A stretch of DNA of 63,364 bases, filler included, from Reticulomyxa filosa (GCA_000512085.1; 18 parts of 18 records of this genome joined end to end with filler, not necessarily neighbours in it), one strand, 5' to 3'; positions 1 to 13,656 are shown, numbered from the whole stretch's first letter. The notes: generated by a model from the sequence alone, not told the origin. Program-made: numbers and translations.

Positions 1-72
1 TTTTCATTGAGAAAATCAATTATCATCATAAGATATCGTTTTAGCGTTCAGTTTTCTTTGTAACTTACTGTA
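1..72 (-). mobile_element. Terminus of dispersed Tc1/mariner-like repeat (copy 1, cut by window edge)
   Basis: TTTTCATTGAGAAAATCAATTATCATCATAAGATAT...GTTCAGTTTTCTTTG..AC.TACTG|TA matches copies at 8136, 10266, 28627 and 35240. Confidence 0.75.
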
Positions 73-629
73 ATATGTTTTCTTTTCTTTTGACATTGTT
101 ATCAATTATTTGCTTTGTACAGTGTTGTTCAAAGATGGTATTGCCAAGTTATACGCCGGTTTGGCCGACCTCAATTGTGAAAACTTTTATCATTTTTACT
201 TATTTCAACAAACTTAAAACCAACAACTTGGAAAAAGACAAACAACGAAAACGAACAAAAAAACTTAAAACTCAGTAACACAAAGAACTTTCTTAGTTTC
301 AAACAATACGTTCAGCTGAAAGTCATAGCATAGTCAAATTATGCATTTTAGCTATTTCGGTTATTTGGTTTACAAATTCGACAATTTTTACTTAAGGATC
401 AAAGTATTTCGTTAAAAAGAAAATTATTTCAAGCAGCTTTTTTTTTTGGAACAAAGAAAGAAATTTTCAGCTAAAGTGTATATATTTTAAATTGTGAAAT
501 TATAGTCTTCCAAAGTTTGTGTGAGGCCTAGTTCACTCTGTAACAAAAAAAGATAATTGAAAAAAAATATTATTGGGCTCAAAAAGAATTGGGGTGAATA
601 GAAGACAACTAAACAAGATATTGCAGTAA

Positions 630-1262
630 ATGTCGACGTTAAAAATTGAGTCAGGTGGACAGTCAGTGACAGCGCTGAGTATGGCTGTTTACGTGTCGTT
701 CAACGTGATGCTAGTGTTGATAGTCTTCCGATTTTGTAGGAAGCAGCTGAATCTGGACACTTTGGAAAAGGTGACACAGCAAATCCAGCAACGACATATG
801 GTGCAAGAGATGCAGACCTCTCCAGAAGTTGCATTAACAGTCCATAGCAAACCAGCAATGGAAAACCAACCTTCGGACACGCCAAATGAAAAATTGACAA
901 ATACAAATATGACACAAGCAATAGCAAATGTAACACTGTATGTGGACGACAAAAGGAAGACAATGGGAGGAAATGAGGAAAACAAGAAAGACGAGGAGAG
1001 TGACAGCAGTAGCAGTGATTTAGAGAAAATTCGTCTGCACGTCAGCGGCGCTGCAAATGTGGTGAACATCAAAGGAAAGTCGGCACAAGTGAAAGATGAG
1101 GCGCGACGCACGACAATGAGACTTGATTTGTGGGAAGATTTGGACGACCGAATGAGAGCAATGAGTCAACAAGTAGAGTCCAGAAAGAGTGTGGCAGTTG
1201 TTACCGGAACAACAGTAACGGTGCAAGTTGACAATTTCGCGGAAGAAACGTTACGTATTTGA
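630..1262 (+). CDS. Hypothetical protein with one N-terminal transmembrane segment and a low-complexity tail
   Basis: 210-aa ORF with higher GC than the flanks; hydrophobic stretch ALSMAVYVSFNVMLVLIVF; no recognised domain. Could be a terminal exon. Confidence 0.6.
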   Translation: MSTLKIESGGQSVTALSMAVYVSFNVMLVLIVFRFCRKQLNLDTLEKVTQQIQQRHMVQEMQTSPEVALTVHSKPAMENQPSDTPNEKLTNTNMTQAIANVTLYVDDKRKTMGGNEENKKDEESDSSSSDLEKIRLHVSGAANVVNIKGKSAQVKDEARRTTMRLDLWEDLDDRMRAMSQQVESRKSVAVVTGTTVTVQVDNFAEETLRI

Positions 1263-1265
1263 CGT

Positions 1266-1306
<41 letters not shown>

Positions 1307-1406
1307 NNNNNNNNNNNNNNNNNNNNNNNNNNNNNNNNNNNNNNNNNNNNTTAATTAATTAANNNNNNNNNNNNNNNNNNNNNNNNNNNNNNNNNNNNNN
1401 NNNNNN

Positions 1407-1443
<37 letters not shown>

Positions 1444-1510
1444 TGAGAGGAAGTTTTTAAATGCGAAAGCACGTGTACTTTTTACATATTAAAAAAAAAT
1501 GAAAAAAAAG

Positions 1511-2844
1511 GATCAGATTTGGGTGTGTTGTACACGTGGTATTCGGATCCAAAATATCGTACATTAGGATATGTGTCAACAGCATTGATAATAAACTATC
1601 GTATTTTCAGCAGCATATCATTTTACAACGCGTCTCGTTCGTACAAAGACGTGATCCTGCAATTTTTGGACTTGCAATTGTTTGTGGACTGTTGGCGGTC
1701 ATCAGTGGACGACAAGCCCACGGACACACTATACTGGATCCGTGCCATGGAAGCCGTGTTGGAGAGTGCACCCCAATCGCTGTTGCAGTTTGTGTATTTA
1801 TACGACCAAGTGAACCTGTTAGTGTTGATATCATTGCTGGGGTCACTCGCAAGCGTTATCAATTCACTGTTGCATTACGACGACATTATCTTTGTGTACC
1901 AAGGCATCGAATGGTATATGACGTATGCCATCCGCTTTTGCTTTCGCTTGTGTGAGGTCGTCGGCCGAGCTATGATACTCGCGTTGATTTGGAACACATG
2001 GCCGGCCGGAGGCGCTTATGTCGCAGGTATCATCACTTGTGAACTGACCTTTTTCATTTTGCTTACACAATTGGAAATACCGCCTTGGGAGATATGGGGC
2101 TTCTTGGTTACCAATATCGACCTGAATTTGACCTTTGAAGGTCGAGAAGGGGCCATTACAAAACCTTTGCGCAACAATATTTTATATCGATTAGTATTTA
2201 AGTTTTGACATAAATATGTATATATATATATATATATATATTACATATATGTATATATTGTGTATACGTATAAGTATGCTGGGATTGCATGTACAACTCT
2301 CTCCTCCCCTCCTCCCCCCCCCCTTTTCTTTCTCTTATTACATTTTTAAACCCGTACGCATGTATGAAATCTATACACAAAGACCGGTTGCAAAAATGTT
2401 CACCGCATATTCGCAACAAGACGAAGAACAGTACCTGCTAATGCTGGAAGCCATGAATAAACATGATCGCATCAGCACCAATAACCCACGTACGCTGCGA
2501 CGGAAACGTCTGTTGATTGCGCCTGCCCACTACATTTGGAGGTTCATCGAAAGTATATTTCTGGTGTTTTGCATCTGCACGTATGCACTGGTCGACAACA
2601 GAGTAGCCGAACAAGTGTTCCACCAGAAACTGTGGGTTTTGATCACCGCCACCGTTTGCATTGTGTTGACCCCTTTGTTTTACTTCTTTGTCCGCGCCTT
2701 TGCCGACGAGAGCAAGACATTGGAAAGAAATCTCATTGCCTTGGTTTTGGAAGCTGGTGCCAAAAGAGAGGACGGTGGTGATGGGAGGGAATTACGAGCA
2801 TTGGTAGCTGAAGTTTTGTGGCTTTCTTTCCCCCTCCCCCCCCC
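1511..2844 (+). CDS. XK-related (XKR-like) multipass membrane protein, internal exons (about 1511-2201 and 2383 onward), truncated by contig ends
   Basis: Motifs EAVLESAPQSLLQFVYL and RLCEVVGRAMILAL resemble conserved XK-family segments; several TM helices; the intron holds (TA)n and poly-C. Confidence 0.7.
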
Positions 2845-5556
2845 NNNNNNNNNNNNNNNNNNNNNNNNNNNNNNNNNNNNNNNNNNNNTTAATTAATTAA
2901 NNNNNNNNNNNNNNNNNNNNNNNNNNNNNNNNNNNNNNNNNNNNAATTTGTTTGATTGATTGAATGCAATCATTGAAAGATTTGTACTGTATTGTTTTGT
3001 TGCTTAAAAAAGTTAAAAAAGCTGCGTTCAATGTTTTGAAAAGAATTAGATTGTATTTTTGTGGTCTTATAAAACTTTATTCAAATCAATAGTAAATCAT
3101 TACAGATTGAACATCAACAGTAAGAATATTATTAAAAGACTTTGATGAAACCGTTTCTGAAAATGCTAACTTATTTAACAATATATTATTGAATTTCGTC
3201 TAAAGCATTTAAAGAAGTGAAATTTCTATTTAATATTACAGTTACATAATGAGAATGCATTTGAATCAAGACAATCGATTTATTTGGTATTGCATGAACA
3301 CACTTTTTATGTCAAATACTTATTCAAAATTGAGTTTGATAGATTAGAACGGATCAATAGTTTAGATACAGTAGAATGCAAAAATAAATTTGACATAAAA
3401 CGGCACCTTGTAGAGATGATTGATTTTCTTCATGAAAAAACAACGTTCACATTTTGTAAGAACTTTAATAAATTAGTATAAATTAATGACCAAACTTGTG
3501 ATACTTTAGAATTACTTTTGGACATTGCTACTGACATGAATGCTAAAGAAAATAAAATGGATCAAAACAAAAAAAGTGAAACTTTCGGAAGATGAAAAAT
3601 GTAATGTTAATATTTTTTTGGAATATCGAAAATAGAAGTATATATTGTTCAATGAAATTGACAAAGCATAGTTAAAAAATAAGTCCAAACAATTGATGAT
3701 GATTTAAAGAAGTCGATGATAATTAATTAAAGATCTTTACCGTGTTGAGTATGCATGTAGGAGACGAGGAATAGTCTTTGTCTTGTAAGTATAAATGTTT
3801 GAAACAGTTGATTTGTTCTGTTGTCACTTCGGTGAAGTGACAGCATAAGAGATTGTAATGTTGATAATGACTTTGTTTATTTTGGCGATTTGGAGTGATA
3901 GCCAAAGTGCATTGCAAAGATTGATGGACATAATTTGAAACAAACTCATCCCAACTTTGTCTTGAAAAGTATGTGCATTTGGTTTTGGTATTTCTCCACT
4001 GCTGCAGAGTATGAACCCAAAACGAATTTTGATAACGTGGCAAGGGATATATCGTCGTTGGTATGCTATTCATGCAAAACAACAACGTTTTTTTCAAAAT
4101 TCAAAGTGAATCGGCCTTTGCAAATAACATCTTTTGTTTTTTTTTTTCATTTGCTTAAGTATCTTCTTTTTTCCACTCTTGGCACAAATTATACTTACGT
4201 CCTGTTCTTTTAAATCGTTTTTTGTGTTTCTGTGTCAAATTGTTTTTTGGTTTGATGAACACAACTAAACTGTACATCAAACAAAGTACTTAGTCAGTGG
4301 TCCAGCTTTTGACGGCTCTTCAGCGCTCAAAATGTCTCCAAATATTTCTTCAAAGCTTATCGTGAGATCTCTTCCACTTTTTGCTAGTATCATCTCAAGA
4401 AACAAAAATAAATTTTTTTGATCTCCTTTTGCAAAATTGTTTGGCTGTTCGCTTTCTGTCTTTGCAAAACATCACCAAAAAAATTTTTTCAAAGTCCAAA
4501 ATTTTGTGTTGTTTCTATGGTGCACACTCCCAAAATGTACAGCTTTTTTTTTATAATCCCAAAAGTGCTTCGGTTGAAGACGTGTGTCTCGTGGTTAAAA
4601 GGAAAAGACGTTGTATATGTAAAATTAGCCATAAGAAATTTTTGGAAAATTACTAAAAATCTTTTTTTTTTTATGCATGGACCAGAATTGACGAATAAAT
4701 CTTTAAAAAAATATGTCTATTTTTCAAGGTGTTCATCAAACATTTTTTTTTGATGATTTAGAAAAATTTTTGTGCACCAGCCATATTTCTGACGTAGAAA
4801 TTTTTTTCTCGTTAGACCAAACTTTTGCACATGCCAAAAAAAGTTAATTTTGTGAAAAAACTTTACAAATTTTTTCATCACAAGTCGTCAAAAGGCTGCC
4901 AAATGAAATCAATTTTAAAAACGTTCCCCTTCAGCACTGCCCCATACGCAAGAAATCACACAAACAATATGGCAAAAAAAAGCCGCAAAATACGCATACC
5001 AAAATGTGGTTTAATTTATTTTCTTTTGATTTTTTTTTTTCAGTTTAAAAAATTAGCGCATTAAAGTCAGTTGGTACTATACTGTTCACACGCACGGACA
5101 GCGACGTTTTCCCTTCTAAGTGTACAAATGCGTCAAATCCAGGCGTCTTTGAGTTCAGCAAAATTGATAACAGAATATCTCAGGAAGCCTTTGGTAGAAA
5201 AAGAAAAAATATAATAATTTTTTTTTTGGATAGAACGAAAAATACGTATAATATAAATATTGTATATAATATATAATAACTCCAATTCCGTCAAAACCTT
5301 TAACAAATTGAGCACCTTCTTGTGAGCAATCAGTAATAAATTCTAATCTAAGATCATATTGGTACCTACTTATTATGAAATTGAAAAACTTGAAGATTAT
5401 ACATATGTATATTACTATTTGGTGGATGTTTTTGGANNNNNNNNNNNNNNNNNNNNNNNNNNNNNNNNNNNNNNNNNNNNTTAATTAATTAANNNNNNNN
5501 NNNNNNNNNNNNNNNNNNNNNNNNNNNNNNNNNNNNAAAAAAAAAAAAAAAAAAAG

Positions 5557-6249
5557 GGAGGATGGTTTGATCGCGTTTGTGGACAATTTCGAAAGCCAAT
5601 TGAAAGTCGAGGTGATTAAGCAGCACGTATCATGGGTACGTACTTTGTTCGATCAGTTCAAACTGCTGGATCACCGTCTTGCCATTTCAGACGCCGAATA
5701 TACCATGCTGAAATCCAAACTCCCCGCAAAACCGTTTCGTCTGTTTCAACAACTCGTCGGTGTCGATCGTCGCATGTACGAACTTTCCAATGGGACCAAA
5801 GTACTGCCTTATACTGATTTGACTGCCTTAATTAATAAAGTGATTGAAGACCTGCAATCTGAGCTGTTATACTCATGCATCCGCTTTTTTTTTTATAATT
5901 AATCTTTTTTTTTTTTTTTTTCTCTCTATCTTTGCTTCGATCCTTTTTTGAAATAAGCCAATAACACATATACATGTTTGTATAAAATAGCAACTCCGCA
6001 GATCGTGTTAACTATAATAGTTCTCAATCTATTCCAAATCAAGGAACACAGGGCACAAAACTCTTTCAAAGGAAGTTGTCTCAACAAATTCAAGGCACAC
6101 AAAATCCCTTCATTGGCTCTGCTATGCGTGGATTTTCAAATCCTCCTCAGTCTCAAAAGGATGAAGATGATGACATTCCTGGACTGGACGATTTTCTTGC
6201 TAATAGTGTTGATATGCTCATTCAAGAAAACTTGGGAGTGGAAAGATGA
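5557..6249 (+). CDS. 3' end of a hypothetical gene: exon about 5557-5865 and terminal exon 5991-6249
   Basis: After TATAAAATAG the frame NSADRVNYNSSQSIPNQGTQ...QKDEDDDIPGLDDFLANSVDMLIQENLGVER* is open and protein-like. The ORF track lists a different frame here. Confidence 0.55.
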
Positions 6250-6359
6250 AGATAAAGGGAGGGAAGAAAACATTTGTTGTTTTGGAATTTTTGTTCGTCT
6301 TTTTTTTTTTCTATCTCTCGACAACAAAAAAAAAATTGGCAATTTTGATGTAAATAAAA

Positions 6360-8100
6360 CATCATCCATTTTATACGTGGACATTCAAATCAGTTTGCAT
6401 AGACAATATTACACACTTTCTAATCAATTTTGTGAGGATATACTAATACATTAATATCGCTTGATCACATCTTTTGAACGGATGAAAATAAAAATTAATG
6501 AGAAGAAAAAGATAAGCAGACACATTTCTAATTTTATTTCATGCTATTGAAGAATTGAGGCAATTATTAAAGAAAGATGAATTAAGAACAAAGAAGGTTT
6601 AAAGGCGGATTTTAATGAATTTTGCGAATACTGCTTCTGTCTAATGAAAAAAAAGAAATATTCAAATTGGTTGTTGTGGATGATATGCAGGTTAGTATTT
6701 GTATATTTTATTTTATCATTGTAATGTACGATATTTTTTTAATTGACTAATTTTTTTGTTATACATGACCTTTTGGACATGTCAATGTAAAAGAAATTAT
6801 GTAAAGATTGTGATATCGTCCAGTTCAAAGATGAGCTGATCAAGGCAAGTTATACAAACTAAAACTGCTCTTAGAGAAAACACAATGCGAATTGGACAAC
6901 ATTGGTAAAGCAGTATGTATGAGATTTGAGCATTTATGCAAATTTAAAGATGTTGTTTTGAAGCGACAACAAAAAATTGAATTTGATGTTTTGATACAAA
7001 TAATTGTAACTATTTTTGACCTTCTTTGGAAAAGATAATGAGTCAAATAAAATTCAAAGGCACTGTTATAATATATATATATATATATTTTTTTTATGTT
7101 ATATATTTTATAGCAATTGTATAAAAACATTATAAAAAGTAATTACGAACTACTGACAAAAAGAGACTACGAATTTGACGAATTGTGTAAAAAGTGTTTG
7201 ATAATTATAGGTTTTGTTCGTTCGTTTCGAAATATAGTGCAAAAGTTGAAAACAACAAAGAATAAAAAGAAAACTATAGATAGATTTAACAATTGAGCCA
7301 GAAAATAAATATATTAATAAAGACAATGAAGAATAGTTGCAAATAGAAAAATTGTAACTGACAGTACAAAATACATAAAAGATATTTGATGATGATTATA
7401 TCTATGTTTTGTACAAAACTATTATGACGATCAAAACAACGTTTTAATTGCTTTGACAAGAAAAAACCAAAACTAGAATAAAACAATTGTCGAAATGCTT
7501 AAATTTACATAAAGACAAGCATTAGACATTGGATGATTAGAAAAAGGTTATTTTCTAAGATGAAACAAAGATTAATTTGTGTGGAAGTGATAGTATCAAA
7601 TATGATTAGAAAAGGACATATCAATATTTAGGTGATAAATTTACAATTAAAAGATCAAGATTTGATTTTTGCAAAATGTGTTGGACATGCATACAAGCTT
7701 GAAAGTGAAGTTAATTCTGAAATATATAAATAAATATTAAGTGACGAAAGGCTAAAAAGCATAAAATATTGTTTAGAAGATGAAAAGGACTTGTTGTTAC
7801 AACAAGATAATACTACTTGCAACAAAGTCAAAATATTATAAATATTTTGAAGAAAATTAAGTAAAGTTAATAAAATTTATCATAATTTAAATCAAATTGA
7901 AAAATTGTGTGTATATTAAAAATTAAACTTTACAAAGATGCAAAATTTCGCAAAAAATAACAATTATGTGAAAAATTCGAAACTGTTTGTGAAAAAACAG
8001 ATAGAAAGATATTCCAAAACTTAGTTGTCTCAATGCCAAGAATGATCCAAGTTAAAATTGATGCTAAAGGAAAACCAATAAAATAGCTAAAATTTACAAA
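6360..8100 (+). pseudogene. Highly decayed coding remnant, family not recognised
   Basis: Protein-like K/E-rich stretches broken by many stops and frameshifts. Confidence 0.3.
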
Positions 8101-8135
8101 AATCATATGAAAAAATGACATTTTTATCCAAATCA

Positions 8136-8290
8136 AAAAAAGTTATTCAAAAATCAATTCAACATCTAAAAACTATAACATTTGTATATATTTTTTAAAA
8201 ATTAGATTAATGTCTGTTTTTCATTGAGAAAGTCAATAATCTTAATATGGTGGCATTTTAGGTGTTCAGTTTTTTATGCAACATACTGTA
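8136..8290 (-). mobile_element. Tc1/mariner-like repeat terminus (copy 2, diverged)
   Basis: ...TTTTCATTGAGAAAGTCAATAATC...GTTCAGTTTTTTATGCAACATACTG|TA; ends at the same base as the other copies. Confidence 0.65.
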
Positions 8291-10265
8291 TATGTGAAAT
8301 CACAGTCAAGAGGAATTTGAATCGAACGCATATCCCTTGGTTTGCGTAGAATTGAAGTGAAAGAGGTGGCTGGAAACGACACAGAAACAAAGGATGATGG
8401 GCAAAAGGAAACATTTGAAATTTATAGAAATATGGATGATAATATATACCATCAGTGTAAAAAAAGTTGTACTTAATTGATCAAACACTGAAACTGATGA
8501 CTAGGTCAGGCAATATGGGTATTGTGTTTTTTTTTTAACTAAACATTGACTCATTCAAGGATATTAAACGAGGCAATGCTTCTTTCTAAGCCCAGAAGCA
8601 AAAGGGAAGCTATCTTACGTCCATTAGAACAATGAGTGCGCACAGTTAATCAATGATAGTCAATACATGATTGAAACATGGATTGATTATTCGTGTGAAT
8701 TTCTTTTGTGGTTTTAATTTTTTTGGTGTAAGTAAAAAGTCAGTGGATGAAATCATAGATCAACTTGACATCTTAATCAAACTTGACATTTTTGAAAAAA
8801 TGTAAAGTTATACTTTTCCAAAAAGTAGGCCTACTCTTGATTCGACGACTTGATAACACATTAGTAAACATCATCAATTCTAACTTTGGTTTGCTTTAAA
8901 ATATATAAGTAAACGAACAATCGAAAGATCTCTTAAAAATTTTTCATTATCTTCAAATAAAGAAATTTTAGAAAAAAAGAAATATATTTATATGTTATAA
9001 ATAAAGGAACGAATAAACAAGTCATTCTAAATCGGAAGGAATGAAACGGTGAACGGAAATACTGACAGCTGCAAAAAATGGAAAAAGGGTACTATTTACA
9101 AAAAGTACTACAATTTCCTTTTATTGAATTATTACTATAAGTCTTTCATCTTATACATCTTATATTCCTATTTTTTCGATATTGATTTTACAATTTTTTT
9201 TCTCTAATATGAATGAGATTATTCTTATTTTTTGATGAATTAGCTATTGTAGCTAAAGTGTAACACAAAACCCTACTTTTTGATTAAGAAGCTTAAAGAT
9301 AAACAAGGTTGAACCTAAGTGAATAAAATCAAAAAAAGAGAAAAAACATTTGCATTAAGAACTAAATATAATTTATCTATTAAAAATTTCATTCGTTTCT
9401 GAATCTAAGTGGCACCTTTTCAGCTGGTTTTAAAAAAAATGAACCTTTTTACAAATTATTGAATTCAATTGTCACCTGAGTAATCGCCAGCGTTATCAAA
9501 TCTAACATAGTCAGTTGGCTTTTCACTTAGAACATCCAAATGATCTTTTTCTAAAAAGCACAAATCTTCACGGTCTTTGTAAATTTTCGTTCTTACATAC
9601 ATTTTGCTACGTACCAGCGAACCAAAGCTCTTTGTCAGTACATTAAATCGTATTTTAACGCAATGCGTTTGCTAAAAACTCTGGAAATAACTTTGTTATT
9701 CGCTGAAGTTAATATATAGTCGGATAAAGTTATCGCTTGTAATTTGTTTAAGACGATCTGGAAACTTGTCGGACACTATTATACTAAAGAGCATTATTAT
9801 TCTGTTCGACAATTAAACAGTTGCGTTGGATTCTTTCGATTTAATGCCACTAAGGTACTTCAAAGAAATAGACATATATTTATCTTCGGCGTAATCAAAT
9901 TAAGTACTTTACAAACCAGTTCGCTGGCTTAAAACAATCATCGATAATCTTTTGGAAATCGTTTGGAGCGATTGACAAATCAACTTTTGTTACAATTTGA
10001 TCATAAAATGTAAACGACAAAAGTGACTAATTTCGTCTGAAACTCGTTTAAGTCTACGTTCAATTCAAAGCTAAACCGCAAAGACGCAGTATACTGCAGA
10101 TTAATTTCGAAACTAATTTATTTATTGTTTATGGAAGATCTCGTAAATAGCATCGTTATCTAACAATAAATAAACTTCAGTATAGTCAATAACCAGTGAC
10201 TCTCCAACTACGTATGGACAAATTTTATTAGTGATAAATATAAAAACTAATTTTTGTCTTCTTTC

Positions 10266-10474
10266 TACAGTATTTTGCAAAGAAAACTGAACGCCTAAAA
10301 CATATATTATGATGATAATTGATTTTATCAATGAAAAATCAACATTTAGACCTAATTTTTTTTTTTTTATATCTACAAGTATTGTAGTTTTTAAATATGA
10401 TATTGATTTTTTAATAAATTTTTTTTTTTTATGAAATCAACATTCTTTCAAATAATTTTTGAAAATTCTGCGAG
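10266..10474 (+). mobile_element. Tc1/mariner-like repeat terminus (copy 3, opposite orientation, runs into contig end)
   Basis: TA|CAGTATTTTGCAAAGAAAACTGAACG... is the reverse complement of the copies at 28627 and 35240 over about 190 bp. Confidence 0.78.
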
Positions 10475-10574
10475 NNNNNNNNNNNNNNNNNNNNNNNNNN
10501 NNNNNNNNNNNNNNNNNNTTAATTAATTAANNNNNNNNNNNNNNNNNNNNNNNNNNNNNNNNNNNNNNNNNNNN

Positions 10575-11683
10575 ACCCAAGGACAAGGACAAGAACAAGA
10601 ATTAGATACACCTTCTTCTATTGCTGCTTTATTTACAAACGATCCCAAATCGGGATCTCTTATCCCCATTACCCATGCCCATTATAATGATGATGATGGT
10701 GATCATGATGACGATGATGGAGATAATCCAAGTCCGGACTTTGATGATCATATTGCTTCTCTGTTCTCACAAACGCAAATGTCGCTGGTGATACCCGTGC
10801 AAACGCCAATTTCTAAACAACTCGTCATTCGCAAATTGAAAATGAAGATGCGTCAGAGACCCACCGTCGCAGAAATGTGCAATCGCGGATTGCTGTTCGA
10901 CCATCCGAATATATCTCCTGAACTCACCAACCGCGCTCGTGTTCGACGACGTCAAAAGGCGATGCTGCAGATTCAAACGTTTTTGAAACGCAGACTCCCT
11001 ATGAAGGAGCTGCAAAAGAAGCACTTACTGCTGGTGGAGGAAGACTTCTTCATCCAAAAGACCCACAAACGACGCTTGAGCACCGAATTGAATAAAAAGA
11101 TCGAAATGCGACCCTCGTTGCACGAAATACAGCAACGTGGCTTTGCCTTGCGTGACGTCACCGACACTTCTGTCAATGCCAATGATCATCCCCATTCAAA
11201 GCCAAAAGATAATCCTAATCCCAATTCCAATTCTAATCCTAATCTTAATTCCAATCTTAATTCCAATCTCAATTCCAATCTCAATGCTAAAAAGCAAGGG
11301 TCAAAATCACAAGACTCTTGGACGGTCGAAGAGCTCGGCCGCGAGATAAGGAGATTGCAACAGATTATCGCCGACACAAGCACGGTGAAACGGTTTTTAG
11401 AAAACGAAAACAGCGCGCTGCGGGATAGTCTTCGACAGACGCAGATGAAAAAAGACAACGAATATCGCCAACGAATGCAACGGCACTCGGTGGCGGAAGA
11501 AAATTGGATGACTGAAATTGCACACGAAATCGATAAAACCAGTCACAACAAACAAATCGAAGAAATACAAACCAAACTCACCACTCTAAATCATCAACTC
11601 GTCGACTGCCTTGATTGGGCCTCCAAACTCACTTGGCCAGATCACATTCTTCACATATTCCACACTCAGGTCAATGCTAATGC
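10575..11683 (+). CDS. RPEL-repeat (G-actin-binding) protein with three RPEL motifs and a coiled coil; partial, frame open across the whole contig
   Basis: KLKMKMRQRPTVAEMCNRGLL, IQTFLKRRLPMKELQKKHLL and LNKKIEMRPSLHEIQQRGF fit the LxxKLxxRPxxxELxxRxIL consensus. Confidence 0.82.
11211..11286 (+). repeat. Coding 6/12-bp tandem repeat (NPNP, then NSNL units)
   Basis: AATCCT/AATCCC units followed by AATTCCAATCTT/C repeats inside the RPEL ORF. Confidence 0.85.
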
Positions 11684-11859
11684 NNNNNNNNNNNNNNNNN
11701 NNNNNNNNNNNNNNNNNNNNNNNNNNNTTAATTAATTAANNNNNNNNNNNNNNNNNNNNNNNNNNNNNNNNNNNNNNNNNNNNAAAAGAAGTGATGCAAA
11801 AAAAAAATAACTGATGTATGGGAAAGATGAATTGCTCACATTAAAATGTAAATTTGTGA

Positions 11860-12720
11860 AATGCCATCCCACTCATTCCCTTGGATATCAGTGATGACAC
11901 ATTATTACATAATATTTACAATTATTCGATTATTCAAGTCTATTGAGAGATAAGGGCTTGGTTTATGATATCTTACAAACACACTATTGCTGTAGAAAAC
12001 ACATATATCCTGAATAAAGAAGTGGAAAATCTAAATTCAGTCTTTTCTTTTATATCTCTGATTTACACAATTAGCATAACAAGTGAAAATGTTTTACCAA
12101 AGACAAAAACCGAGCTCAAGCTACAAAATTTTGTTGCACGAAATAATCAAGAATGATCATTTACATGATTTGCTCATTTCCAATAAATCTTAAAACAATA
12201 AAAGGTAATCTAATTTTCAAGAACAGATTAAAAAAACAATTACATTTCAATAAATATAATGCTTGGAGATTTGGTTTTAAATGAAAATGTATTAATAATA
12301 TTGCGCCAAGTGAAAAAATTATATCATAAACATATGGGATATCTTCTTCAATTGCAGGAGATTTACTCTGTATTGTTGTACTGTGAAGGAAGTTGTAATT
12401 TACAATTTGGCTATGATCAACTACGCTTTCAGTATTATGAGTGGTAATATTTAGATAAAAATGTAACTTTCATGAAAGAAAAGAAGAAAATATGATATAC
12501 TTGTATTATGAATTGAAAGGAGTGAAATTGGGGGAATATTGAAAAAAAAAATCAAAGATGGATATTTTATCAAGTCATTTCTGAAAAGGTTTATAGAACT
12601 GATTATAGATTTATTTTACATTGGTGGAAATGGATATACAATTTATTCTGTCTAATATGAGATATTGAAACAAACAGATAATGTAATGTATTCATGGAAC
12701 ATTCAAGAATTGTGCTTAGT
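11860..12720 (+). pseudogene. Decayed member of an expanded gene family, possibly ADP-ribosyltransferase-like
   Basis: Fragments ILRQVKKLYHKHMGYLLQLQEIYSVLLYCEGSCN..FGYDQLRF and LYYELKGVKLG/NIEKKIKDGYFI are broken by stops and frameshifts. The family label is from recall only. Confidence 0.35.
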
Positions 12721-13656
12721 GTAAAATATGGGTTAAATGAATTATATACTACAATATTATCTGTGTCAGATGATAAAAATGTTCATTTTTGAGATATTCA
12801 ATCAAAGGAAATGACAAAGAAGATAGTGGCGTATTTTACTTTAAATTTATCATAGCAAAAGCAAATAATGATAAATATAATATAAATTTATTATATGAAT
12901 CAAAAAATGGTCCTATTCGTATTTAGAATAATTAATCAAAGTGTTTTTGTAATTTTTTTTAATAAAAAAACTTTTTGTCAATGTTGCAACTGCTGCAAGA
13001 TTAGTTATTAGAATAAAGGTTTGTAAGAAAAATAACGAAAAGCATTGTTGATATTTTATTTTTTTCTTCATTTTGGATTTCTTCTTTCTTTGACTAATTC
13101 ATCACAAGTCCACACAACAAATACAATAAAAACGAAGATAATCAATCAATTTTTTAAAACTTACAACCACTAGTTGAGGTAAAGTTTGTTCATGATTGAG
13201 CAGAGATGTCATTTTGCAAATGACTTGATAGTCTTCAATGATGTACAATTGAAAATTTTAACTTTTTATTTTTAATTCAGTCAACTGACTTTAAAAATCT
13301 AGTTATGCCAATATCTGTGCTTTTTCTTAATAAAGAAAAAAAAACAATCTTTGTTCCAAAGAAACTTATAAATATTGTTAAATAAACCTGTTCGATACAA
13401 ATCAAAACTTTTTCTTTCTATCAAAGATACAGTAGATTGGACTGTTTTATTCATTGTTTAAAAATACTGAATTAGAGTATTTGTATGTATTGTATTATGG
13501 TGAAATTATAAAATGGATCCAACACAGTGTTTTTTGTCCAAAAAAACTTAAAAAAATTTAAGTGCTCATTCTAACTGTATCCATAAAATCAGAGTAAAAA
13601 ACATCATTTGTAAATGAAATCTCAAAAGTAAAGGAAAAAAAACTTGACAAAAAAAA

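Noticed and set aside
5978-6454. 158-aa ORF with hydrophobic stretches
   Set aside because: Another frame (5991-6249) has a splice acceptor and more protein-like composition; this ORF runs into T-rich 3' sequence.
8136-10474. Two inverted repeat copies as the TIRs of one 2.3-kb transposon
   Set aside because: Their CAGT/TA termini face each other, so each element extends outward; no transposase motif lies between them.
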